A stretch of DNA of 64,000 nt from Octopus sinensis (taxonomy: Eukaryota): contig NC_043000.1 of the NCBI RefSeq assembly GCF_006345805.1, positions 126,790,001 to 126,854,000 of the forward strand. Direction: 5' to 3'. The notes beneath the pieces are model-generated. The model had not been told where the DNA came from and made no database searches. It was given only the letters and a program-made list of their open reading frames with translations. A program made the translations under genes and the position numbers. Every line of letters starts with the position of its first letter. Position 1 is the stretch's first letter. Shown in pieces: positions 14,353-28,400 of the stretch.

Positions 14353-15962
14353 GTATTTGTATATAAAAGAACAGGACCCTAATTACACAAAAATTGATTA
14401 TTTCATCTCATATTTGTTTAATAATAAGCTTTTAATTTTTGTGCAGGAATTGAGTTTTTTGATGCTAACTCTCCTGAAACTGTCCCTGATACAAAGTCCT
14501 TGTTTTAAAGTGATCTGAATTAAATCCTTGCATCAGAATTTAATATTAATTTGTTTCAAACTTGAGCTTAATAATGAGAAAGTTATTTTACTAAATTTTC
14601 CATTATTTTTAAAATTAATTGAAGCAAAATGATTAAGGGAACTGTAAAATATTATGAAAGAATCTTGCCTTTGAAAATGATAGTCTTCGAAATATACTTA
14701 AACTCCCCTTACTGGTATACATGGCAGTAGATTCAAAATAATAAAAGTGAGAATGAGTTTTGGAACTAACTCTGAATATTTTATTATGTAACAAGAAGTT
14801 GTTAGATTTTAATAAAAAGATATCTTGTATGAAAATAGAATAGATATTTAGTTTTAAGACACAGACATCTTTAAGATAACTACATGTCTGTATTCAAACT
14901 GTACAAGTTTTGGTTACAATTTAATAAACAACTTTGGTTAAAACAAGCTGAGAATTAGTTTTTGATACTCTGCTATATAAAGTAGGCTGCTTACCCTCTT
15001 ATCATATTTCTGTTGAAATATACTGCTTTTCTTTTACCTTATTTTAAAATTGATGTAAAACCTAATAAAATAACTTTGTCTTTATGAACCAGGTATTTGG
15101 AATAAGAATTACCATGACATCTTGTTGGAAGGTTTTAATTTAGATAACTTTAAAATAGGAAGTTTGTATCATAGAATCAGGAGTGATTCCAGGTGGGATG
15201 GTATCAAAAGAGTTGTCTATGTATGGCCTTATATGAGATCAGGTTTTAGAGAAATCAGTGAGTTCTTATTGTTTAGCATAGCCTTTTTGTTTTGTTTTTC
15301 ACTACTTTGCAATTTATTTGATTTAACCATATAGAATTAAATAACTTCTTTAAGATCATTCTGCATAGTCACTACACCTATGTTTCATTCAATGTGCTAA
15401 AATGTTCCAATACTATTTTTTGGTCTGAGAACTTTTATATATCTTTATTTTTCATTCAGGTTTATATAAAGATATGTGACAAAAACAGGATTCTAATAAC
15501 TCAAAAACTAATTATTTCAACTTTTATTTTCCCTTATACTTCAAATTCATTCACTTTTATAATACAGATGGCTTTAAGATCTGTGCTCAAACTGCATAAA
15601 CTTTAGGTACAATTTATTAGATATTTTTGGTCAACACAAGCTAAGAAAATTTTTTAATATCTAAACAGTATCGAATAGACATTTTTATGTCATTTCAGGA
15701 AGTTATAGCATAAAAATGTCATATTTTGAGACCAAGTTTCAGAGAAATTGGTGTGCTCTTTCAGGCTGTCACAGTGTTTTCTTTTTGTCTTTATTGTATT
15801 TTATTACATTTGATTTAACCATTTGTTGTAGAGCATGTTTTACACAAATACTGTAACCCATTTGAGTTCCATGTTGCTAGCTGAAAAGAAGTTCAGTGTG
15901 CAGATGGCATAATTCTATTGTTTAATCATTATTGAAGCTCTGGCTATCATGTTTTATGTATG

Positions 15963-16008
<46 letters not shown>

Positions 16009-16968
16009 GGGTGTTCTAAAAATGTACGTCTAGTACACCCAAATAACAGTGTGTACTAAAACTTAAGGATCATTATATTTTCTTTAAAAAACAGTTGGAA
16101 GATTACAGAAGGTGATTTTTAACTGATACTTTGACAATTTGAGATACCACATGGAGTTCCTCTGACTATAGTGAACAATGTGTGCATGTATGCGTGTGTT
16201 GAAGACATATTTCTAACATACTACATAATAACTTGTATCTCTTGACAAATAAATAGATAAATATATAAAATATAATATAACATACAATTATGAAATCTTT
16301 TTTCTTGTCTGATTCCAATCTTGTAATACATGTTTTTTTCCCATTTTTTCAATTTCTGTTTTTTTTTGGGGGGGAAAAATTTGAATTGCATTCTACTTTG
16401 CAATAGACAGTGTCTCATGATAGAAGGATGTCTTGCATTTTGGCAAGCTGTACTTGGTATGCTATTCCAAGAATACATTTTAAAAATATATTTTGGTCCC
16501 AGAGTATAAAGAATATTGCATAAAATTTCACCTGAATTATATTTTATCACATTAAAATAAAAAAAAAGATAAATTATTTCAAGCAAAAAGAAAACTAATA
16601 TAATAACCAAATAAATCAAATTTAAGAAGAATCATATTATGCTTACCTTCCTGATTCTACCAAATGGAGATAAAGTAGTTCTTTCTCGGCTTTCATTACT
16701 TTGATGTCGCTGTAAGGAAATGTATAATAGCAAGTAGTATAGAAGCGAATAGTTTAAGAAGTGAGAGAGAAATCATAATAACAGTGAGCGACTTGTGATG
16801 TTAAGGTGGTCACTGGAAAAATCTTGTTGCTATAGTTGTTCTTTTGTCATGAAGAACATGGAGATAACAAAAAAACCCCCCAGAAAATATAATAAATTTC
16901 AAAATATAACATATATACATATACATAGATGTATATATACACACACACATACATAAATATATATATAT

Positions 16969-17025
<57 letters not shown>

Positions 17026-20000
17026 TATATATATATATATACATATACCCACTTGCACATATATACATATATGTATGTATATGCACACATATACATACAT
17101 GCATACATACATACAGACAGACATACATACGTACATACATACATACATTCATACATACATATATATATATGCACATATGTACATGAACACATATATATAA
17201 ACACTGAATTTTTAGAATTGACTTGTAAACAATATGAAATAAAACATGAAGAATTTCAGCTACAAAGGAAAAATTTGGTTTCAAAATATTATAGTCATAG
17301 TGGAAGCAGTAGTAGCAGCAGCAGCTCTTGTTAAATGCCTTTAATCTACTATAAAGCATGCCTTTGGCACACAAGTAGCTGTTCAAATACATAGAATGTA
17401 ATATGACAAATATAAAATGACTAAACAAAATTATTTATATTGTTTTGTACTGCCCATACACCAACAATGTCTTTATCATTTCAAAAGCATATTTTCTCTT
17501 TTTATATTAGTGGAAAAGCAGTGCCTGAAACCATTTTCAGAATCTCTGAGACAGGTGAGAGGAAGGGAAGTATTGTATCCTGAGACTGGAGACTTAGCTC
17601 AAATGTCTGCAACAGAATGGACTCTGCTGGAGGTACTTGCTGCTGAGATGCCCTTCGGTCATGACTGACCATGGAATTGCACCTAGAAAGTTACCCTCCC
17701 AGGCACAAGTCCTGGCAAGGTTGTTTTATGGAAGACCAGCAGTTGCTCATGCATACCGGCCTCCCCTCTCCATGCCACCAGTATTATCCAAGGGAAAGGT
17801 AAAGGCTGATACAGCTTGGCACCTGTGACACCACAACTCATTTCTACAGCTGAGTAAACTAGAGCAACATGAATAAAGTGTCTTGCTCAAGAACACAACA
17901 TGCAACCCAGTTTGGGATTCAAACTCACAACCTTATGATTGTTAGCTCGACGCTCTAACCACTGAGCCATGCTCCTTCACTGGGGGTACTTATAGAGCAG
18001 ATAATGGCAAACCAGATGATTTAATCTACCAGCAAGAACAGCATTCAGTTTTACAAGTACAACGTTGAGCTTAAAAGTGAGTTTTTGTGCAATCGTTTGA
18101 CCAACTGAATTCTGTGGTTTCACACTCTACCATCATAAAAAAGAAGACATTAGATAATGTAGTCATAAATGTATCATCATCAGTATTGTTTTAATGTCCA
18201 CAATACCATGCTTGCTTGGGTTAGACCGCAACCTTTTTTCACTTACACTCTTTTCAAAATTCAGCAGTGCATCTGAACTAAAAATATAACTAAAGGTATA
18301 GGGAAAAAAAATTATATTCAGGTTACACTGTGGCACATCTAGCATCATCTCATGGCACACCAGTGTGCCACGGCATACTAGTTGTAGAGCACTGCATTAG
18401 ACGGAATTTGTTGAGGCAGATTTTCTACAACCAAATGCTTTTCCAATATTAATAATATTGGGGAGAAATAATATTTCCCCATGGCCAAACATGTTTCAGT
18501 GGTTGATTGGAAGTTTTATACCCTGCAGTGGTACTAAACCCCCAAATCATGTGGTTGGGGAACAAACTTTTAGCCACACAGTCACTCCTGAAATTATCCA
18601 TCAAAGTTGGAACATATTCAGTCATAAATTTTTCTCTTCAGGGCTGATCTAGATCTAATATATATGTATGTCTCCCCCAATATATATGTGTGTGTGTCTG
18701 TGTGTATACCCACACATATATACATATACACACACAGACACACAAACATACATATGGAAAACAGACATTAAATGATGATGATCATATATACACATATATA
18801 TATGTAATAGATATTTTATATATCATGATCATGATTATCATCTTTTAATGTCCATACTCCATGCAGGCATGGGTTGGATGGTTTGACAGAAGTTGGCCAG
18901 CTGGAAAGCTGCCCAGGTTCCATTTGTCTGTTTCAGCATGGTTTTTATGGCTGTATGTCTTTCCTAAAACCAATATATATATATTATATATATATATATA
19001 TATACATACATAAGAGCACTCTGTCAGTTACAACGATGAGGGTCCCAGCTGATACAATCAATGGAACAGCTTGCTCGTAAAATTAACGTGCAAGTGGCTG
19101 AGCATTCCACAGACATATGTACCCTTAACATAGTTCGCAGGGAGATTCAGCGTGACACAGAGTGTGACAAGGCTGGCCCTTTTTTGAAATAGAGGTACTA
19201 CTCATTTTTGCCAGCTGAGTGGACTGGAACAACGTGAATTAAAGTGTCTTGCTCAAGGACAACACTTCACTGGGAATTGAACTCACAACCTTACGATCAT
19301 GAGCCGAATGCCCTAACCACTAAGCTATGTGCTCTCACATATATATATATATATATATATCATACAAAAAAAAAGGAAAGGTGTGGATTATATTAAACCT
19401 GAACCATGTAACCCAGTAATGGTAACATGTATGTCATGTTTAAAAACTGGAAATCTTTTATAATATGCATCATCTAATAACAAATATCTTTTACTTACCA
19501 ATAGCTTCTGGAAGTCGGCCCTTGATTCAAGTATAGCAAGGCTTGTAGAGATCTGGTTATATAGGGCATAAGCAAGGGCAGATGTGATATGGATGTCATC
19601 CTTTGCTTTAGCTTTAGCAGGGTCCTTATTGTCAAAGGTTATATGCATTGATGTTTCCTTCAAAGAATTAATGTGTGGCTGCTTCTGTTCAATTTCTGCC
19701 TTCAGAAGCTGAAATCGAAGAATGAGTAAAAGAATATTTAAACTGTATCAAGGATAAGTTTCCACTTAGAGTGTGGATGTTGACAGTATGATTTATATAT
19801 GTCAGTAAATCATACCTTTTATATCATCATCATCATCATCATTTAGCATCCACTTTCCATGCTGGCAAGGGTTGGATGGTTTGATATGGAGCTGACTAGC
19901 AAGGAGCTGTCCAGGTGTGTGTGTCTGTTTTCATATGTTGTTATTTATAGCATTATATATGAACATTAAATTGATGGATAACTACTTGTAAAGATAATCA

Positions 20001-23000
20001 ACAAACACACACATACAAATACGCACACACACACATGCATGCACACAATGTGAGGTAATTATCATATAATTAGCATGTCATATTTGCAGTCCATTTATTT
20101 CTGAGTTTGTGTCATGTATCTACAGACCTCTTTTGATGCCAACCTACCGGAGTCCATTTCTGGTTTTGTAATGTAAAACATCTTTATTTCAACTCATTTA
20201 TTACTGTATTTCTATTGAAATGCACTTCCTTCACTTCAATCAATTTTGAAAATAATGAAGAGTTTAATAAAATAACCTTTTTTTCTATTAAGCCACAGTT
20301 TGTAATATAAACTAACATGAAATTTTGATGGATGGTTTAACCCTTTCGTTACTATATTTCTGACCAAAATACACCCCACGTGAGTTTCAATTAAATTCTA
20401 AAATAATCATGAATTTAGACTAGTTTCATTAAATAACTGCAACTTTTTTACTTATCAACATATTAATGTGACATTCGGAACATAATTAAAGAAAGTGTTC
20501 TTAATCAATTCTTTTATATAACTTTTGTATCAAAGTGACTTTAATTACAAGTAAATCCAGGTAAACTGAGGAAAAGGTAAAAATATTAAAATTTTGTTTA
20601 AATTTAGATCACTTCAAAACATGAAGCTTCTGTCACAGAACCATGGGGAGTCTCAAGTAAGTTTGTATCAAAAGAGTTCATACTTAAGTGCTCATATTTA
20701 AATTAAAAATTTCCATCATGATATTATGCAAGAACATTTTCTTAAATTTCCAAAATTCGGCTTTATAATGAAAGATATAGGTGTATTTTATTAAATCATT
20801 TGAAACTTATTTTCCAACCTAATTTAAGCCACACATATTTTCTGTAGAAATATGATCGTATAAAGGTTACATATTCACCCTTTAAATAATATTAAGGCTG
20901 ATCTATGACACTGAAATGTCACACAATAAAATTCTTCAGTTGCTTATTTCGATACGTCATAAATAATCATTTTTGGAGATTGCTAAGTTTATCTCGACAT
21001 GACTCAAATCTGAGAACTCTGTTACTCTATCTTCAGCTATTACTAAAAACTGAATTCCAAAAGCTCATGTTACACAATGAAATAAGAAATAGTATCAGCA
21101 TAAATTCCCTGTTATATCTACTCACACACACACGCAATATGTATGTGAAGGTGTGTGTGTACTAGTGGTTAGGGTGTTGCATTCACAAATGCTAGATTGT
21201 GGTTTTGATATTTGGACCAGGTGGCACATCATATTCTTGAGCAAAACACTTCATTTCATGTTGGTCTGTGGGTGGGAGAGTCCTGGAATCATTGGCATCT
21301 CAGCAGAAATGCTTTACAGTATATCTTCTGGCTCTCTACATTCTGAGTTCAAATCCCACCTACTCAAGGGCAGACCATCACTAGACTAGATAATATATAT
21401 ATTACACTCACACACACACACACACATTTATATATTTTGTGTAGCATGGCTGAATGGTTAAGAAGTTTGCTTCATAACCACAAGGTCGCAAGTTCAATCT
21501 CACTGCATGGTATCTTGGACAAATGTCCAAGGCCACCCCATACCCTGTGAGTGAAATTGGAAAGATGAAAACCTATCAGATGTGCTTCTATGTGTGTGTT
21601 ACATATATATATATATATATCAACATTATCATCATCATTGTTTAACGTCTGCTTTCCATGGGTTGGACAATTTGACTGAGGGCTGGCGGACCAGATGGCT
21701 GCACCAGGCTCCAATCTTGATCTAGCAGAGTTTCTACAGCTGGATACCCTTCCTAATGCCAGCCAGCTGTAGAAACTCTGCCAGATCAAGATTGGAGCCT
21801 GGTGCAGCTATCTGGTTTGCCAGCCCTCAGTCAAATCATCCAACCCATGCTAGCATGGAAAGCGGACGTTAAACAATGATGATGATAATGTTGATATATA
21901 TAATAAATATATATATATATAACCCATGTCAGCATGGAAAACTGACATTAAATGATGATGATGATGATGATGATGTGTGTGTGTATGATAAATTTGGGCC
22001 TAAGGTTGAAGACATTTGCCATAGATGTCACACCATGGCATTGAATCTGAAACCATGTGGTTGTAAAGCAAGTTTCTGAACCACACAGCAATTCCTGAAC
22101 CTATACCTGACTAACATAACCTGATGAAGTAAAAGAATATCTCTTGGAAATTCTTTCAGGTCTTTGGAGAAAATTGACATTACATTGCAAGGCACATGTT
22201 GAAGCGTAAAGTTTAACACGATGCCAGTAACACTTTCAAAAGAATATATTATTTAGTCTTTAAACAAGTTTAAAATGTCCTTGACTTTAGTTTTTCCCAT
22301 TCATTTCCATTAATCGATTTGGTTTGCTGCAAATCTTCAATTAAAATGTTTATAGAATATAAACATCCTTTCTTTTGAATGGTTTTCAATAGCCTGATAG
22401 AACACATCACTCACTAAGTTTTATTTTTTTTGGAATTTCCATTGTTAATTTCTTTTTGCTAAAGTATGAGTTGAACTATTAATTAATTATTATTAACCCT
22501 TTTTATACCAACCCACCTAAGACCACCTCTGGTTCTTGGAGAGAAAAGCCTCCCATTTTAAAACGTTCCTATTTAAATTAAAATCATCCATCATCGTTTT
22601 ACATAACAATATTTTGTTCTGTTCCATTTACTAAATCCTCCAAATTCTTGAATATTTTCAAAATTAATTGAAATGCATACGGTTACAAAAGGGTTAATTA
22701 GTTTGGAATGAAGTCACAGAATATGTTGGCTTTAATTAATAAGTTTTCTTTAATTAATGAGAACCGGGCTTGAATGTTTATTAGTTTCATACTTCTGTAT
22801 TCTGAGTTCAAATTCCACCTGGAGGTCATAAAGGACCAGTACATCAATAAAGTAGATTATCTTTTATTTGTTTCAGTCATTTGACCGTGGCCATGCTGGT
22901 GCAATGCCTTGAAGGGTTTTAGTTGAACAAATCAACCCTAACACAGACATAGATACACACACACACCAGTGGATCAGGCCAATAGGAATGCACCTTCATA

Positions 23001-25256
23001 GTTGCTTGACTTGTCGATAATAACAGCTTAGACACTTTTCAATCATAATCAATCACATAAAGAAAGGAAAATACATATCAGACAATGTAATCCTAAGTAC
23101 TCTTTTATCTTTTACTTGTTTCAGTCACTGGACTGCGGCCTTGCTGGGGCGAATTGACTTCAGTACTTATATTTATTTTTAAAGTCTTGTACTTATCCAA
23201 AAAAATGCAGAAAAAAACACAGGAAAAAACAACAAAGTGAGGACGTGGTACATGCAAAGTATTAATAAGTTGCTGAGGGGAAGAAAGAAAGAGTATTTTC
23301 TGTTTTGAGCAAAGCTCTTCTTCAGAAACAGGAGACAGAGGAAAGTCCAAAAGAAAAGGAAGACGGAAGAAAAAAATTGCCAACAATCCACATGTAGTTA
23401 CACTTTGGAATATATATATATATATATATATGTGTGTGTAAATTAAATTAGAGATAAAACCACTATTAGGCAACTCAAACATTTAAAAATATAAAAATAT
23501 AAAAAAATAAATTTAAAAATTAAAAATTTTACATTTTATATATATATTATATATTATATTAATTATATTTATTTTTTGTTTTTATGTTTTGGTTTATGTC
23601 TATCGCTGTTTGAGTTGCCTAATAGTGGTTTTATCTCTAATTTAATTTATATTTATACTGCGAAATTTGATTTAATCCTAAATCTAATTTTTCCCTGTAA
23701 GTTTGGATATACTCCCTAATATTATTATTATACACACACACATAACACATATATTTTAATTTGCTTAGGGGAAACCTTTTGAATATGCAAATAAAGCTCC
23801 TATTCTATTATGCTGATCACAGCCTAGTGATGCAGACTGGTGAACCAGTTTTCCAGGGCTGCATTGAGCTGAAATTCCATCTAATTTATAAATTCCATCC
23901 AAGGATTATTGTTATTATATATATATATAAATACAGTGTACATTTTAAACACATAAAAGATGACCATAATAGACATCTGACTTGCTAGAAAGAGTAGTTA
24001 AACTACAAACCACTAATAGAAGTAATTTTGAAAGGGAATGAAAAATAAAAACATTTACCCTATTTTATTTTTCCTTCCCTTTCAGAATTACTACTAGAAT
24101 TACTACTATTAGTGGTTTGTAGTTTAACTACTCTTTCTATCAAGTCAGATGTCTTATGTGTTTAAATGTACACTGTATTATTATATGAATAATATATAGT
24201 CTATTAACTAATTTTTCCTTCTCGCTAGACTACTGGTAGCAAAGAATTTCTCTAAAGTTTTTTTGCTACCCTAAGATTTATTAATTATATATATGCACAC
24301 ACATAGTGGGCTTCCACATAGTTTCCATCTACCAAATTTACTTAGAAGGTTTAGGTCGACTTGGAGCTATAGAAGAAGATACTAGCTCAAGGTATTGTGT
24401 AGTGGGACAGAAACTGAAACCACATGGTTGCAATATATCGATTAAAAAAACAAAAAGAAACAGGGTAGGCATGGTTGGATCTAGATGTGATTAATCCTGG
24501 TTGACCTGGGGTTAAAAAAAACAAATGCAAATTTAGAGACCAGACTAGTATTTGAGTCTTTGGGTCATGGCAAATATTCAGATTTATCAATACTATCACA
24601 CAGAAATCAATATGTTCAATGACTCTGCTGTTTTCTTGAATATACAATTCAAGGAAGCCACTTTTGCCATGAACCATGGGAGCCTCTATGTGGTTACTTG
24701 ATCTGCTAGATATAGCATGAAAATATCATTCATATTATATACTGCTGTCTCTAAAAAAAAAAAAAAAAAGGCAGGAGATAAAGGATAACGTAACTGAAGA
24801 TAAACTATGTTTGTAAAGATAGGAACATCATGGTTAGAATGCTTAAAACAAAAATAGGACTAAACTACCACAGATGAATTAACACACAAAGTGTGACAAG
24901 AGCTTACCTTTAATTTAGAATACTTTTCCTGAATATCCGCACTATCAATATCAATTGTATGAGTTCTGCATAGTTTTAGCTGGTCCTCAATATAACGTAT
25001 CCAAATGTTCAAAGATCGCACTTCTTGAATAAAGCGATCAGAATTAGATATAACTCCATTCAAATGAAGTTGTAAGTTCTCACATTTGCTATTCACACTT
25101 CCCCACCGTTTGTTCATAATATCAATATTATTTTTCACTGTTTTATTTCCTTCCAATGCTCCTTTACTGTAAATACTTCCTGTCAAATTCAAAGACTCTA
25201 TAATGGTTCCTTTAGATGTTAGTTCAGTCTGAAGAGTCTGTAATAAAAGAAGAATT

Positions 25257-25288
<32 letters not shown>

Positions 25289-25304
25289 ATATATATTATA
25301 TATA

Positions 25305-25336
<32 letters not shown>

Positions 25337-25420
25337 GTATATGTATGTATGTATGTATATATGTATGTATGTATGTATGATGTATGTATATATATATATA
25401 TATATATATATGTATGCATG

Positions 25421-25475
<55 letters not shown>

Positions 25476-28400
25476 TGTATATATATTTATAATTTATGCT
25501 CACATACAAACATGTAGAAAATGAAATACATATATGTATGCATGTATATATATGTGTGTGAGTGTGAGTGTTTATGTATATATGTATATATTTGAAGCTT
25601 CAATGTACACAAATACAAATACGTACACATGTACATGTATAGATATTCAAGCGAAGCAGCAACTTTTTAACACAGCTACAGTGTGTTGTGTTTTTCATCA
25701 CATTACAACAATTATATTAAATATCCAAATTTAAATAAAGTTCCAGTGTTTACTTTTAAATCATTTTATACTCTGAAATAGCTTTCAGTTTATTTTTTTA
25801 ACTTTAAGGCAGGCTGGATTGAATGACTGCACAAATTTACATAGTCGCATAACTTATTGCAGAGAAATGTATTTTATTTAACTGCTTATTTATATTTTTT
25901 AAAATCAATGTCTGTCATTTAAAGTATGACATAGCAAAGATTTCAGTTTCTCAGCTTGCTTAATTAAGAGGAAGACAGTAATATGTTGTATCAAAGAGCA
26001 TAAGGCATTGCTCTTTCAAGACTTAACTGGTGACATATATGCTTATATATCAGCTGTTTAACTACTCAATAGTTAGATATAGAGCATACTTATATAAATT
26101 TAGTAAATACCCAGTTAAATTTTCAGACAACATACAAGACTGCTATTTCATCTTCTATTCTTCTTAACTATTCAAATGTTGAAAGTCTCTTACCTTCAGT
26201 TTTTTGCAGATTTGGCCATGCTCTGTAATGCAAACGTGTTTATTATTGACTGAGTCCAACCATATTTCAGAATTCTCCAACCAAGCGAGTAAGTTCTTCA
26301 AATCAATTTTGAACTGTGACCAATCCTTGCGGTTGCTCTGTAGTTTGCTGTCTTTTTCAATAATATGAGCTTTAAGTCTATTCCAGCGGTCAGATACATC
26401 TGCAATGAAAACAGAAACCCTCTCAGAGTACTCAAATATAATATATGTATGTATGCATGTATATATATATATATATATATATAATGAAGAATTTGGACAA
26501 ATAAGTATAAGTTGATTAGTGTGCTTAAATATGGAGTAGACCACTGGCACAGTTTAGGCTACCTGTTATCATCTGCAGTTGTGTTACACTTCTGTTGGAT
26601 CTACATCAGGAACTCCACAGTTAGGGTAATATTATTAATTAATAGTAGGAGATAGATTTCATATTAGACCTTTATTGGGTACAATATATGTTTCGACCCA
26701 TCAGTTGGGGTCTCTTCAGGTACACTGATACAAGTTAGGGAATGAAGGGTATATAACAACAAGCCAGCTGACACTAAAAATCTGTAGTGAGACATCTTTA
26801 TCAATGTACCTGAAGAAACCCAGACTGATATGTTGAAACATACGTTGTACCCAATTAAGATCTAATATGAAATCCATATTCTATTAAGTAATACTATATA
26901 TATATATATACTTTTAATCTTTTATTTTTCAGTCATTTGACTGTGGCCATACTGGAACATCACATTTGGCTGAACAAATCAATCCCAGAACTTATTCTTT
27001 GTAAGCCTAGTAATTATTCTATCGGTCTCTTTTGCCAAACTGATAAGTTACGGGGTTGTAAACACCTTAGCATCAGTTGTCAAGTGATGATGGGGGGACA
27101 AGATGCAGGGTAGGTTTTCAATAAGAACAAACATACAGACACACACACATTTATTGTTGGCTGTCAGAAAAAGGGGCACTCAATAACATTTTTTTTTTTG
27201 CTTGTTTCAGTCATTTGACTGTGGCCATGCAGTGATTAAAAAATGCCCAATCACACTCCTTTTTGACTCCAATCTTTTCAAACACACACACACACACACA
27301 CACATAGACTCTGAAAAGCCGAAAGACAAAGTCGACCATGGCAGGAATTGAACTCAGAAAGCAGAGGTATTTTATCCAATGCCAAATGACTCTGCCAATT
27401 TCCAGAGTGTCTGTGTATAAAATGTAGAACTTAAATAAATGTAATTCACAATGAATATTTGCAGCACAGCAGCAAAGTTGTAGAAGCTGAAAATTTGAAG
27501 TCTTTTATTTATTTATTTTTTTATTTATTTCCATGAAGGTAATCAATCTTGCTGCTTGTCCTGCAATATCAAATCTGTTATTAAAAGTTTTCAGACATAT
27601 CATGTCACATATTAGGTGATGTCAGACATAGGTGTCCTTTGTATTGCAGCGTAGACATCGGAAGTAGTTTTAGATGTATAGAAATGTTCAAATACTAATG
27701 GTTTCTATGAATTCTTTTAATCTTGTTTGTTGTTTGAACATGGAAATGGAGAAGAAAAAATATAATAATTATACTTACTGGAGACCTCCTGATCGACTGC
27801 ATTAATCGATGTGAGGCCAGGCCTAGCCTTAATCTGGCTATAAACTTCTGACACATTATCCACACTATCTTGACAGTCAGACATTATCTTAATCTGAAGA
27901 AAAACACATCAAGAAAAATATATTAATACATACATATAAACATCTATCATACTTACTGTCTTAAGATAAACAGCAATAAATATAGAAATTACAAACCTAT
28001 GAATTGTCATGTGATTTTTATTGATATGAATTGACCAAAAGAATACTACTATATAAGCAATACTTGCCTATAATGACCATACATTAAAGATTTCTTAAGA
28101 GGCAAGCAAAAAAAAATGTAGTTTCACCATTTTATATAATTTCTTTAATCAAAATTCCTTAAGAGAATATCATAAGAAAAAATTCCAAATTTTTATACCC
28201 CTATTCTCTTTGGTTGTAATCCTTTTTAAACTGATTTTGACTGCCATCCCTTTATGCCAACTGAATTTAAGACTTTAGCCATACCTTTAAAAAAATTGGT
28301 ATATTTGTTTTAAAAAGGAAAAAAGAAAACTTTGTGTAAAATGAATTTACTTACGTAGTCTCTTGTCTCCTGATCCAGCTCTGGGCCAACTGGAGTTTGA

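Larger units (their letters stand above)
26631..26893. repeat. Inverted repeat with arms of about 100 bp (26631-26730, 26799-26893) and a spacer of about 70 bp; Penelope-like terminal-repeat remnant
   Basis: The arms are reverse complements, and each carries a hammerhead core followed by AATAAA or AATTAA, as in Penelope-like element termini. Confidence 0.85.
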
